Below are positions 28,401-43,485 of a stretch of 64,000 nt of DNA, one piece after another. The notes below the pieces were generated by a model. That model was not told the DNA's origin and made no database searches. It worked only from the letters and a program-made list of their open reading frames with translations. The DNA comes from the human T2T-CHM13v2.0 reference genome, Homo sapiens. The stretch is from NCBI GenBank assembly GCA_009914755.4, contig CP068257.2, positions 6,400,001 to 6,464,000 on the forward strand, read 5' to 3'. How positions within the stretch are numbered: the first letter of the stretch is position 1; each line of letters starts with the position of its first letter. Both the position numbers and the translations under genes were made by a program.

Positions 28401-30500
28401 ATGGAATGGAATCAACCCGATTGGAATGGAATGGAATGGAAACGAATGGAATGGAAACGAATGGAATGGAATCAATGGGAATGGAATGCAATGGATTGGA
28501 ATGGAATGGAATGGAATGGAATGAACCCGAGTGGGAAGGAGTGAAATGGAATGGAATGCAATGGACTGGAATGGAATGGAATGGAATGGATTGGAATGGA
28601 ATGGAATGGAATTGAATAAAAGAATTGAATCAACCTGAGTGCAATGGAATGGAATGGAAAGGAATGGAATGGAATGGAATGGAATAGAATGGAATTGAAT
28701 CAACCGGAATGGAATGCGGTGGAATGGAATGGAGAGGAGTCGAATGGAGTGGAATGGAATGGAAAGGAGTGGAATGGAATGGAATGGAATAGAATGGAAT
28801 TGAATCAACCGGAACGGAATGCAGTGGAATGGAATGGAATGGAATGGAATGGAATGGAATGGAATGGAATGGAATGGAATTGAGTGAACTCTAATGGAAT
28901 GAAGTGGAATGGAGGGGAATGGAATGGAATGGAATCAACACGAGTGGAATGGAATGGAATGGAACAGAATGGAGTGGAATGGAATTGAATCAACCCGAGT
29001 GGAATGGAATTGAATTGAATGGAAAGGAATGGAATTGAATAGAATGGAATTGAATCCACCAAATTGGAATGAAATGGAATGGAATGGAATGGAATGGAAT
29101 GGAATCAACTGGAATGGAAAGGAATGTAATTGACTCAACTGGAATGGAATGGAATGGAATGGAATAGAATGGAATTAAACCAACAGGAATGGAATGGATT
29201 GGAATGGAATAGTGTGGAAAGGAATGGAATTGAATCAACTGGAATGGAATGGAATGGAATGGAAATGGAATGGAATCAACCCGACGGGAATGGAATGGAA
29301 TGGAATGGAATAGAATGGAATTGAATTCACTGGAATGGAAAGGAATTCAATGGAATGAAATGGAATGGAATGGAATGAAATGAAATAGAATGGAATTGAG
29401 TCAACTGTATTGGAATGGGTTGTAATGGAATGGAATGGAATTGAGTCAACCCTAGTGGAATGAATGGAATGGAAAGGAATTGAAGGGAATGGAAATGAAT
29501 GGAATGGAATGGATTGGAATCAACTGGAATGCAATGAAATGGACTGCAATGGAATGGAATGGAATAGAAAGGAATTGAATCAACCTGAGGGGAATGGAAT
29601 GGAATGCAATGGAATGGAATGCAATGGAATGGAATGGAATGGAATAGAATGGAATTGAACGAACCAGAATGGAATGGAATCAACCCGACTGGAATGGAAT
29701 GAAATGGAATGGAATGGAATGGAATAGAATGGAATTGAATTAAGCGGAATGGAATGGAATGGAATGGAATGGAATTGAGTCAACTGGAATGGAATGGAAT
29801 GGAATGGAATTGAATGGAGAGGAAAGGATTGGAATGGCATTGAATGGAATGGAATGGAAAGGTATGGTATGGAATCGGATGGAATGGAATGGAATAGAAT
29901 AGAGTGGAATGGTAGGGAATGGAATAGAATGGAATGGAATCCAACCGAATGGAAGGGAATGTAATGTAATGGAATGGAATGGAATAGAGTGTAATTGAAT
30001 CCACTGGAATGGAATGGAATATAAAGGAAAGGAATGTAATGTAATTGAAAGGAATGTAATTGAATGGAATGGAATGGATTGGAAAGGAATGGAATCAACT
30101 GGAATGGAATGTAGTGGAATGGAACAGAATGGAATGGAATGGTACGAAATGCAATGAAATGGTATAGAATGGAATGGAATGGTAGGGAAAGGAGTGGAAT
30201 GGAATGGAATCAACACGAGTGGAATGGAAAGGAATGGAATGGAATAGAATGGAATCAATTGGAATGCAATGGAATGGAAATAAATCAACCGGAGTGGAAT
30301 GGAATGGAATGGAAGGGAACGGATTAGAATGGAATGAACTGTAAAGGTATGGAATGGAATGGCATGAAAAAGAATGGAATGTATGGGAAAGGAATCGAAT
30401 GGAATTGAATCAACCTGGGGGGATAGAATGGAATGGAATGGAATGGAATGGAATGGAATGGAATAGAATGGAATGGAAACAACGCGAGTGGAATGGAGTG
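25500..30500 (+). repeat. Transitional sub-domain of the HSat3 array enriched in CAACTGGAATGG / CAACATGAGTGG / CAACCTGAGTGG punctuation variants with short local periodicities (60 bp at ~26161-26280; 50 bp x3 at ~27741-27890; ~215 bp x2-3 at ~26655-27300)
   Basis: Direct reading. Identical 60-mers (gattggaatggaatggaatagaatggaattgaattaactggaatggaatggaatggaatg) occur at 26161 and 26221. Three copies of ggaatagaatggaattgaatcaacatgagtggaatggaatggaatgg occur at 27741, 27791 and 27841. Near-identical 215 bp blocks start at 26655 and 26871. Confidence 0.7.
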
Positions 30501-32599
30501 GAATGGATTGGATTGGAATGGAATGGAATGCAATGGAATGGAATGGAATGGAATGGAATGGAATGCAATGGAATGGAATGGAATGGAATGCAATGGAATT
30601 CAAAAGAATGGAATGGAATGGAATGGAAAGGAATCTACCCAAATAGAATAGAATGGAATAGAATGCAATGGAATGGAAAGGAATAAATCCGAATAGAATG
30701 GAATGGAATAGAATCAACACTAGTTGAATAGAACGGAATGGAATAGAATGGAATGGAATGGAATGCAATGGAATGGAATGGAATGGAATGGAATGGAGAG
30801 GGGTGGAATGGAATAGAAATTTATTGAATCAAACCCAATGGAATGTATTGGGATGGAATGGAATGGAATGGAATGGAATGGGATAGAATGGAATCGAATA
30901 GAATAGAAAGGAATTGAATAAACCCGAGTTGATTGGAAAAAAATGAAATGGAATGGAAAGGAAAAAAATGGATTTGAATCAACCCGAGTGGAATGGTATG
31001 GAATGGAATGGAATAGAATGAAATGGAAACAACCCAAGTGGAAAGGAATGGAAGCGAATGAAATTGAATGGAACAGAATGGAATGTAATGGACTGGAATA
31101 GAATGGAATTTATCAACCCGAGTGGAAAGGAATGGAATGGAATGGAATGGAATGGAATGGAATGGAAGGAAATGGAATAGAATCAAGCCGAGTTGAATGC
31201 AATGGAATGCAATGGAATGGAATAGAATCAACCCGAGTGGAAAGTAATGGAATGGAATGGAAAGGAATGGAATGGAATGGATTCGAATAGAAGCAACACG
31301 AGTGGAATGGAATGGAATGGAATGGAATGAAATCAACCCAAGTGGATTGGAATGGAATGGAATGGGATGGAATGGAATCAAACCGAGTGGAGTGGAATGG
31401 AATGCAATGGAATGGAATCGAATGGAAAGGAATAGAATGGAATTGAATTAACCCAAGTTTAGTGGAATAGAATGGAATGATATGGATTGGAATAGAATGG
31501 ATTTGAATGGAATGGAATGGAAAGGAATGGAACTGAATCAGCCCAAGTGGAATGGAATGGAATGGAATGGAATTGAATGGAATTTAATGGAATGGAATCA
31601 ACCCCAGTGGAATGGAATGGGAAGGAATGGAATGGAATGGAATGGAATGGAATGGAATGGAATGGAATTGAATAGAGTGGGATGGAATAGAATGGAATGG
31701 AATCAACCAGAGTGGAATGGAATGGAATGCAATAGAATAGAATGGAATGGAATGTTAGGAATGCAATAGAATGGAATGGAATCAACTCGAGTGGAATGGA
31801 AAGGAATTGAGTGGAATGCAATAGAATTTAATGGAATCCACTAGAGTGGAATGGAATGGTATGGAAAGGAGTGAAATGCCATAGAACGGATTTGAATCAA
31901 CCCGAGTGGAGTGGAGTGGAATGGAATGGAATGGAATGGAATGGAATTCAATCAACCCGAGTGGAATGGAATGGAATGGAATGGAATGAAATGGAATGGA
32001 ATGGAATGCAATGGAATTCAATAGAATGGAATTGAATCAACACGTGTGTAATGGAATGGAATGGAATGGAATGGAATGGAGTGGAATGGAACAGAAATTT
32101 ATTGAATAAACCCGAGTGGAATGCAACGGGATGGAATGGAATGGAATAGAATGGGATTGAATCAACCAGAGTGGAATGGAATGGAACAGAAAGAAATGGA
32201 TTGGAATGGAATGGAATAGAATGGAATTGAAACAACGCGAGTGGAACGGAATGGAAGGGAATGGAATTGAATGGAACCGAATGTAATGTAATGGAAAGGA
32301 ATAGAATGGAATTTATCAACCTGAGTGGAATGGAATGGAATGGAATGGAATGGAATGGGATGGAATAGGATGGAAATGAATCTAACCAAGTGGAATGCAA
32401 TGGAATGGAATGGAATGGAATGGAATCAACATTTTGGAGTGGAATGGAATGGAATGGAATAAACCGGAGTGGAAAGGAATGGAATGGAACGGTATTCCAT
32501 GGAATCAACACGAGTGGATTGGAATGGAATGGAAGGGAATACAATGGAATGGAATGCAATGGAATAGAATGGAATGGAATCAACCCGAGTGAAATGGAA

Positions 32600-33160
32600 T
32601 GGAATGGAATGGAATGGCATTGAACGGAATGGAAATGAATCGATTGGAATGGAATGCAATCAACACAAGTGGAATGGAATGCAAAGGAATGGAATCGAAT
32701 GGAATGGAATCAACACGAGTGGAATGGAATGGAATGGAATGGAAAGGAAAAGTATGAAATTGAAAAAACACGTAAGGAATGGAAAGGAATGGAATCGAAT
32801 CAAATGGAATGGAATGGAATGGAGTGGAATGGAGTGGAATACAATGGAATTGAATCAACACGAGTGCAATGGAATTGAATGGAATGGAAAGGAATGGAAT
32901 GGAATGGAAAGGAATGGAATCAACGCGAATGGAATGGAATGGAATGGAATGGAATGTAGGGAAAAGCAATAGAATGGAACTGATTCAACCCGAGTGGAAT
33001 GGAATGGAATGGAATAGAATGGAGTGGAATGGAATAGAATTGAATTGAATTAAAGTGAGTGGAATGGAATGGAATGGAATTTAATGGAATGAAATAGAAT
33101 TCAATTGAATCAAACCGAGTGGAATTTAACGGAATGGAATGGAATGGAATGGAATGGAAT
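32600..33160 (+). repeat. ~560 bp block with a near-identical second copy 3569 bp downstream
   Basis: ORF 32574-32972 (132 aa) is nearly identical to 36143-36541. ORF 32654-32878 is identical to 36223-36447. Sequence identity continues to about 33160/36730 and then diverges. Confidence 0.8.
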
Positions 33161-33490
33161 GAAATGAAATTGAATGGAATGGAATAGAATGGAATTGAAT
33201 CAACCCGAGTGGAATGGAATGGAATGGAATGGAAAAGAATGGAATCGAATGGAATAGAATAGAATGGAATTTAATCAACACGAGTGGAATGGAATGGAAT
33301 GGAATGAAATGGAATGGAATGCAATGGAATAGAATGGAATTAAATCAACACGAATGGAATGGAATGGAATGGAATGGAATGGAATGGAATTGAAACAACC
33401 CGAGTGGAATGGAATGGAATGGAATGGAATAGATTGGAATGGAATGGAATGGAAAGATTTGAATCAACATGAGACGAATGGAATGGAATG

Positions 33491-33520
33491 GAGTGGAGTG
33501 GAGTGGAGTGGAGTGGAGTG
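33491..33520 (+). repeat. Variant pentamer micro-array (GAGTG)6 [= (GGAGT)n]
   Basis: Direct reading: gagtggagtggagtggagtggagtggagtg. Confidence 0.9.
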
Positions 33521-36169
33521 GAATGGAATGGAATTGAATGCAAAGGAAAGGAATGGAATGGAAAGGAATGGAATGGAATCAACACGAATGGAATGGAATG
33601 GAATGGAATGGAGTGAAATGCAATAGAATGGAATTGAATCAACCCGAGTGGGAATGGAATGGAATGGAATGGAATGGAATGGAATGGAATAGAATAAAAT
33701 TTTATCAACCCGTGTGAAATGCAATGGAATGGCATGGAATGGAATGGCATGGAATGGAAAGGAATGGAATGGAATGGAACGGAGTAGAATGGAATTGATT
33801 TAACCAGAGTGGAATGGAATGGAATGGTATAGAATGCAGTGGAATGTAATGGAATGGAATAGAATGGAATTGAATCAACTAAAGTGGAATGGATTGGAAT
33901 GGAATGGAATGGAATAGAAAGGAATTGAAACAACTGGAGTGGAATGGATTGGAATGGAATGCAACGGAACGGAATGGAATGCAGTGGAATTGAATGGAAT
34001 TGAATCAACCCGAGTGCTACGGAATGGAATGGAATGGAAAGGAATGGAATGGAGTGGAATGGAATGGAAAGGAATGGAACGGAATGGAATGGAATGGAAT
34101 CAATTCAACACGAATGGAATGGAATGGAATGGAATGGGGAGGAATGGAATGGAAAGGAATGGAATAGAATGTAATAGAATCAACACCGAGTGGAATGGAA
34201 TGGAATGGAATGGAATGGAATCAACTAGAGTGTAATGGAATAGAATGGAATGGAATGGAATGAAATGGAATGGAATGGAATTAAATGGAATGGAATGGAA
34301 TGGAATGAATTCAACACGAATGGAATGGAATGGAACGGAATGGAATGGAATGGAAAGGAATGGAATGGAAAGGAATGGAATACAATGGAATTGAATTAAC
34401 CCGAGTGGAATGGAATGGAATGCAATTGAATGTAATGGAATGCAACGGAATGGAATGGAATAGAATGCAATTGAATCAAGCCGAGAGGAACGGAATGGAA
34501 TGGAATGGAATGGAACGGAATGGAATGGAATGGAATGGTATCGAATTAACCCGAGTACAATGGAATGGAATGGAAATGTATGGAATGGAATGGAATGGAA
34601 TAGACTGGATTTGAATCAACCAGAGTGGAACGGAATGGAACGGAATGGAATGGAATGGAATGGAATGGAATTGAATTGAATAGTATGGAATTGAAAAAAC
34701 ACGTAAGGAATGGAATGGAATGGAATGGAATGGAATGGAGTGGAATGGAATGGAATTGAATCAACCCGATTGCAATGGAATTGAATGGAATGCAAAGGAA
34801 AGGAATGTAATGTAATGGAATGGAATGGAATAGAAAGATTTGAATAAATCTCAGAGGAATGGAATGGAATGGAAGGGAATGGAATGGAATGGAATGTACT
34901 AGAATGTAATTGAATCAACGCGAGTGGAATGCAGTGGAATGGAATGGAATGGAAAGTAATGCAATGGAATCAACCCGACTGGAATGGAATGGAATGGAAT
35001 GGAATAGAATTTAATAAACCCGTATGAAATGGAATGGAATGGCATGGAATGGAATGGCATGGAATGGAAAGGAATAGAATGGAATGGAACGGAGTAGAAT
35101 GGAATTGATTTAACCCGAGTGGAATGGAATGGAATGGTATGGAATGCAGTGCATTGGAATGGAATGGAATAGAATGGAATTGAATCAACACAAGTGGAAT
35201 GGAATGGAATGAAATGGAAAAGAATGGAATGGAATGGAATGAAATAGAATGGAATTGAAACAACCGGAGGGGAATGGATTGGAATGGAATGGAAAAGAAT
35301 GGAATGGAATGGAATGGAATGGAATGGAATGAAATAGAATGGAATTGAAACAACCGGAGGGTAATGGATTGGAATGGAATTCAATGGAATGGAATGGAAT
35401 GCAGTGCAATAGAATGGAATTGAATCAACCCGAGTGCTATGGAATGGAATGGAATGGAAAGGAATGGAATGGAATGGAATAGAATGGTATTGAATCAACA
35501 CGTGAGGAATGGAATGGAATGGAATGGAATGGAATGGTATGGAATGGAATGGAATAGAATTGAATAAACAAGAGTGTAATGGAATGGAATGGAATGGAAT
35601 GGAATAGAATGGAATTGAATCTACACGAGAAGAATGGAATGGATTGGAATGGAATGGAGTGGAATGGAATGGAATGGAATAAAACCGAGTGGAATGGAAT
35701 GGAATGGAATGGAATGGAATGGAATGGAATGGAATAGAATGAAATTGAATCAACCCGAGTGGAATGGAATGGAATGGAATGGAATTTAATGTAATGGAAT
35801 GGATTGAAATGAAATGGAACGGAATGGAATGGATTGGAATTGAATCAACCCGAGTGGAATGGAATGGAAAGGAATAGAATGGAATGGAGAAGAAGGGAAG
35901 AGAATCAACCCGATTGGAATGGAATGGAATGGCATGGAAAGGAATGGAATGGAATGGAATGGAATGCAATGGAATGGAACAGAATGGAATTGAAAGAATT
36001 GAATCAACCAGAGTAGAATGGAACGGATTGTTATGGAATGGAATGGAGTAGAATGAAATTGTATCAACCAGAGTGGAATGGAATGGAATGGATTGGAATG
36101 GAATGGAATGGAATGGATTGGAATGGACTTGAATAAAGCAGAGTGGAATTTAATGGAATGGAATGGAAT

Positions 36170-36730
36170 GGAATGGAATGGAATGGCATTGAACGGAATG
36201 GAATTGAATCGATTGGAATGGAATGGAATCAACACAAGTGGAATGGAATGCAAAGGAATGGAATCGAATGGAATGGAATCAACACGAGTGGAATGGAATG
36301 GAATGGAATGGAAAGGAAAAGTATGAAATTGAAAAAACACGTAAGGAATGGAAAGGAATGGAATCGAATCAAATGGAATGGAATGGAATGGAGTGGAATG
36401 GAGTGGAATACAATGGAATTGAATCAACACGAGTGCAATGGAATTGAATGGAATGGAAAGGAATGGAATGGAATGGAAAGGAATGGAATCAACGCGAATG
36501 GAATGGAATGGAATGGAATGGAATGTAGGGAAAAGCAATAGAATGGAACTGATTCAACCCGAGTGGAATGGAATGGAATGGAATAGAATGGAGTGGAATG
36601 GAATAGAATTGAATTGAATTAAAGTGAGTGGAATGGAATGGAATGGAATTTAATGGAATGGAATAGAATTCAATTGAATCAAACCGAGTGGAATTTAACG
36701 GAATGGAATGGAATGGAATGGAATGGAATG
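36170..36730 (+). repeat. Second copy of the ~560 bp block (partner of 32600-33160)
   Basis: As above. Confidence 0.8.
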
Positions 36731-39700
36731 GAATCAACCCGAGTGGAATGGAATGGAATGCAATGGAATGGAATGGAATGGAATAGAATGGAATTGAATC
36801 AACCCGAGTGGGATGGAATGGAATGGAATGCAATGGAATGCAATGGAATAGAATGAAATTGAATCAACCCGAGTGGAAAGGAATGGAATGCAATGGAATA
36901 GAATGGAATGGAATCAACACGAGTGGAATGGAATGGAATGGAATGGAATGGAATGGAATAGAATGGAATTGAATCAACGAAAGAGGAATGGAAAGGAATG
37001 GAATGGAATGGAATGGAATGGAATGGAATAGAAAGGAATTGAATCAACCCGAGTGGATTGGAATGGATTGGAATGCAATGTAGTGGAATGGAGTAGAATG
37101 GAATTGAGTCAACTCGAGTGGAATGGAATGGAATGGAAAGGAAAGGAATGGAATGCAATGGAATGGAATGCAATGGAATCAACCCGAGTGGAATGGAATG
37201 GAATGCAATGTAATGGAATGGAGTGGAATGGAATAGAATGCAATTGAATCAACTCAAGTTGAGTGGAATAGAATGGAATGGAATGGAATGGAATGGAATG
37301 GAATGAAATTCGATCAACGCGGGTGGAATGGAATGGAATTGCATGGAATGAAATGCAATGTTATGGAATGGAATCAACCCGAATGGAATATAATGGAATG
37401 GAATGGAATGCAGTGAAATGGATTGGAAAAGAATAGAATAGAATTGAATCAACCAGAGTGGAATGGAATGGATTGGAATGGAATCAATTTGAATGGAATG
37501 GAATGGAATGGAAAGGAATGAAATGGAAAGAAATGGAATGGAATCCAATGTAATGGAATAGAATGGAATTGCATCAACCCAAATGGAATGGAATGGAATG
37601 GATTCGAATGGAATGGAATGGAATGCAATGGAATGGAATGGAATCAACCCGATTGGATTGGAATGGAATGGAATGAATTGGAGTGGAATGAAATGTATTG
37701 GAATGGAATGGAATGGAATGGAATCGAATGGAATGGAGTGGAATTGATTAGAATGGAATGGAATGGAATGTAATGGAATCAACCCGAATGGAATGCAATG
37801 GAATGGAATGGAATAGAATGGAATGGAATGCAATGGAAGGGTATCAACCAGAGTCGAGTTGAATGCAGTGGAATGGAACGGAATGGAATGGAAAGGAATG
37901 GGATGCAATAGTATGGAAATGAATCAACTGAAATGGAATGGAATTGAATGGAATGGAATGAAATGGAATGGAAAGGAATGGAATGGAATGGAATGGCATG
38001 GAATGGATGGAAAGGAATCAACACGAGTGGAATGGAAAAGAATGGAATGGAATGAAATGGAATGGAATGGAACAGAATGGAATTGAATCAACACGAGTGG
38101 AAGGGAAAGGAATGGAATGGAATTGAATGGAATGAATTGGATTTGAGACAACTGGAATGGAATGGAATGGCATGGAATGTTTTGAAAGGAATCAACCTGA
38201 GTGGAGTGGAATGGAATGGAATGGAATAGAATGGATTGGAATTAACCCAAGTGGAATGGAATGGAATGGAATGCAATGGAATGGAATGGAATGGAAAGGA
38301 ATGGAATAGAATGGAATTGAAAAAACTGAAATGGAAATGAATGGAATTTAATGGTATGGAATGGAATGGAATGGAATGGAGTGGAATGGAATGGAATTGA
38401 ACCAACCCCAGTGGAATGGAATGGAATGTAATAGAATGGAGTAGAATGGAATTGAATCAACAGGAATGGACTGGAATAGAATGGAATGGAATTGAAGCAA
38501 CCCGAGTTGAATGGAATGGAATGGAATGGAATGGAGTGGAATGGAATGCAATGGAAGAGAATGGAATTGAATCAACAGGAATGGAACGGAATGGAATGGA
38601 ATGGAGTGGAATAGAATCAACCCGAGTGGAGAGGAATGGAATGGAATAGAATTGAATTGAATCAAACCGAGTGGAATGGAATGGAATGGACTAGACTGGA
38701 ATGGAATGGAATAGAATGGAATTTAATCAACTGGAATGGAATGGAATGGAATGGAGTAGAATGGAATGGAATAGATTGGAATTGAATGAACTGGAATGGA
38801 ATGGAATGGAATTGAATGGAATTAAATCAATGGTAACGGAATGGAATGGAATGGAATGGAATGGAGTGGAATGGAATGGAATTTAATCAACCCGAGTGGA
38901 ATGCAAAGGAATGGAATGGAGTGCAATAGAATGGAATTGAATCAACGCTGGTGGAATGGAATGGAGTGGAATGGAATGGAATGGAATGGAAGGGAATGGA
39001 ATGGAATAAAATAGAATTGAATCTACCAGAGTGGAAAGGATTGGAATGGAAAGGAATGAAATGGAATGAAACAGAATTGAATTGAAGTAACTCGAGTGGA
39101 ATGGAATGGAAAGGAATGGAATGGAGTATAATGGAATGGGATGGAATGGAATGGAATGGAATGGAATAGAATGGAATGGAATTGAATTGAATTGAATGAA
39201 CAGCAATGGAATGGAAGGACTGGAATGGAATGGAATAGAAAGGAATTGATCTAAGGGAATGGAATGGAATGGAATGGAATGGAATAGAATGGAATAGAAT
39301 GGAATGGAATAGAATTGAATTGAATGAACTGGAATGGAATGGAATGGAATGGAGTAGAATGGAATGAAGTAGAATTGAATCAAGGGGAAAGGAATGGACT
39401 GGAATGGAATGGAATGGAAAGGAATGGAGTGGAATGCAATGGGATTGAGTGAACCCGTGTGGAATGGAATGGAGTGGAATGGAATGGAATGGAATTCAAT
39501 CAAACCAAGGGGAATGGAATGGAATGGAATTGAATGGAGTGGAATAAAAGAGAATGGAATTGAATCAACCCGAGTGGAATGGAATGGAATGGAATGGAAT
39601 GGAATGGAATGGAATGGAATGGAATGCAATGGAATAAAAAAGAAATTAATCAACCCGAGTGGAATGGAATGGATTGGATTGGAATGGAATGGAGTACAAT

Positions 39701-42700
39701 GGAATTGCATCAACTCGAGTGGAATGGAATGGAATCGAATGGAATGGAATGGAACCAACCCGAGTGGAATTGAATGGAATGGAAAGAATGGAATGGAATG
39801 CAATGGAAAGGAATGGAATTGAATCAACCCGAGTTGAGTGGTATGGAATGCAAAGGAATGGAATGCAGTGGAATGGAGTAGAATGGAATTGAATCAACAA
39901 AAGTGGAGTAGAGTGGAATGTAATATAATGGAATGGAATGGAATAGAATGGAATTAAATCAAATCGAGTGGAATGGAATGGAATTGAAGTGAATGGAATG
40001 GAATGGAATGGAATAGAATGGAAATGAATCAACTGGATTGGAATGGAATGGAATTGAAACAAACCAAGTGGAGTGGAATGGAATGGAATGAAATGGAATG
40101 GAATGGAATGGAATAGAATGGAATTGAATGAAGTGGAATGGAATGGAATGGAGTGGAATAGAATTGAATGAAGCTGCGTGGAACGGAATGAACTGGAATG
40201 GAATGGAATGGAATGGAATTGAATGGAATATAATGAAACTGGATCAACCAGAGTGGAAAGGGATGGAATGGAATGTAAAGGAATGGAATGCAATGGATTG
40301 GAAAGGAATGCACTTGAATAAACCCGAATGGAATGGAATGGAATGGAATGGAATGGAATCAACCCGAGTGGAATCGAATGGAATGGAATGCAATGGAATC
40401 AACTGGAAGGGAATTGAATGGAATGGAATGGTATAGATTGGAATTGAATCAATACCAGTGGAATGGAATAGAATGCATTTGAATCAACCCGAGTGCAATG
40501 GAATAGAAAGGAATGGAATGGAATGGAAAGGAATGGAATGGAATGGAATAGAATGAAACTGAATCAAACCGAGGGGAAGGGAATGGAATTGAATGGAATA
40601 GAATGGAATGGAATGGAATAGAAAGGAATTGAATCAACCCGAGTGGAATGTAATGAAATGGAATGGAATGGAATGGAGTGGAGTAGATTGGATTTGAAAC
40701 AAACCGAGTGTAAAGGAAAGGAATGGAATGGAATGGAATAGAATTGAATTCAAACAAAACGAGTGGAATGGAATGGAATGGAATGGAATGGAATGGAATG
40801 GAATGGAATGGATTGGAGTGGAATGGAATGGATTGGAGTGGAATGTAATAGAATGCAGTTGAATCAACCCGATTGGAATGGAATGGAATGGAATGGAATG
40901 GAATGGAACAGAATGCAATTGAATCAACCAGAGAGGAATACAATGGAATGGAATGGAATAGAATGGAATGGAAAATAATGGAATTGAATCAACCTGAGTA
41001 GAATGGAATGGAATGGAATGGAAAGGAATGAAATGGAATGGAACGGAATGGAATAGAATGGAATTCAATCAATCCAAGTGGAATGAAATGGAATGGAATG
41101 AAATGGAATGGAATGGAAAGGAATGGAATGGAATGGAATGGAATGGAATGGAATGCAATGGAATAGAATGGAATGGCATCAACCCGTGTGGAATGGAATG
41201 CAAAGGAATGGATTGGAATGGAATAGAAAGGATTTGAATGGAGTGGAAGGGAATGGAATGGAGTGAAATGGAATAGAATGGAATGGAATCAACCAGAGTG
41301 GAATGGAATGGAATCCAATGCAATGGAATGGATGGAATGCAATAGAATGTAATGGAATCAACTCGAGTGGAACGAAATGGAATTGAATGGAATGCAAAAG
41401 AATGGAATGGAATGCACTCGGTGGAATGGAATGGTATGGAATGGAGTGAAATGCAAAAGAAAGATTTGAATCAACCGGAGTGGAGTTGAGTGGAATGGAA
41501 TAAAATGGAATGGAATGGAATGGAATTTGGTCAACCCGCGTGGAATGGAATGAAATGGAATGGAATGGAATTCAACCGAGTGGAATGGAATGGAATGGAA
41601 TGGAATGGAATGGAATGGAATGGAATGGAATAGAATGGAATTGAGTCAACACGTGTGGAATGGAATGGAATGGAATGGAATGGAATGGAATGGAATGGAA
41701 AGGAATGCAATGGAATAGATTGTAATTGAATCAACGTGAGTGGAATGGAATGGATTGGAATGGAATGGAATGGAATATAACGAAATAGAATCAACGCAAG
41801 TGGAATGGAATGGAATGGTACTGAATGGAATGGAATGGAATAGAATTGAATTAACCCGAGTGGAATGGAATGGAATGGAATGGAATAATATGGAATGGAA
41901 TGGAATTTAATGGAATGGAATAGAATAGAAATGAATCAACCCGAGTGGAATGGAATGAAATGGAATAGAATGGAATGGAATGGAAGAGAGTGGAATTGAA
42001 TCAACCCGAGTGGAAAGGAATGCAATGGACTGGAATGGAATGGAATAGAATGGAATTGAATCAACCCGAGTGGAATGGAGTAGAGTGGAATGGATTGGAA
42101 TGGAAAGGAATGGAATAGTATAAATTGAATCAACCCGTGTGGAATGGAAGGGAATGGAATTGAATGGAACGGAATGGAATGGATTGGGAAGGAATAGAAT
42201 GGAATCAACCCAAGTGGAATGGATTGGAATGGAATGGATTGGAATGGTATGGAATGGAATGGAATAGAATGCAATTGAATCAACATGAATGCAAAGGAAT
42301 GGAATGGAATGGAATAGAATGGAATTGAATCAACCCGAGTAGAATTGAATGGAATGGAATACAATGGAATGTAAGGGAATCAACACGAATGGAATATAAT
42401 GGAAGGGAATGGAATGGAATGGAAGGGAATGAAAAGGAATGGAATGGAATAGAATGGAATTGAATCAACCGGAGTGGATTGCAATGGAATGAAATGGAAT
42501 GAAATGGAATGGAATGGAATGGAATGGAATCAATCTCAATGGAATGGAATGGAATCAATCTCAATGGAATGGAATGGAATGGAATGGAGTGGAATGGAAT
42601 AGAATGGAATGGAATCAAACAGAGTGGAATGGAATGCAATGGAATGGAATGGAATGGAATGGTTGAATTGCAATAGAATGGAATGGAATCTACTCGAGTG

Positions 42701-43485
42701 GAATGGAATGGAATTGAAAGGAATGCAATAGAATGGAATGGAATCCTCTCGAGTGGAATGGAATGGTATGGATTGGAGTGAAATGCAATAAACAGGACTT
42801 GAATCAACCCGAGTGGAGTGGAGTGGAATGGAATGGAATGGAATGGAATGGAATGGAATGGAATGCAATGGAATGGCATTCAATCAATCCAAGGGGAATG
42901 GAATGGAATGGAATTGAATGGAATGGAATGCAATGGAATGGCATTCAATCAATCCAAGGGGAATGGAATGGAATGGAATTGAATGGAATGGAATAGAATA
43001 GAATGGAATTGAATCAATCCGAGTGGAATGGAATGGAATGGAATGGAATGGAATAGAAAAGAATTGAATTAACCCGAGTGGAATGGAATGGATAAGAATG
43101 GAATGGAGTAGAATGGAATTGAATCAACTCGAGTGAAATGGAATGGAAACGAATGGAATGGAATGGAACCAACCCGAATGGAATTGAATGGAATGGAATG
43201 GAAAGGAAAGGAATGGAAAGGAATGGAATGGAAAGGAATGGAATGGAATGCAAAGGAAAGGCATGGAATTGAATCAACCTGAGTTGAGTGGAATGGAATG
43301 CAATGGAATGAAATGCAGTGGAATGGAGTAGAAAGGAATTGAATCAACCAAAATGGAGTGGAATGTAATGTAATGTAATGGAATGGAATGGAATAGAATG
43401 GAATTGAATCAAATCGAGTGGAATGAAATGGAGTTGAAGTGAATGGAATAGAATGGAATGGAATGGAATGGAATGGAATGGAATG

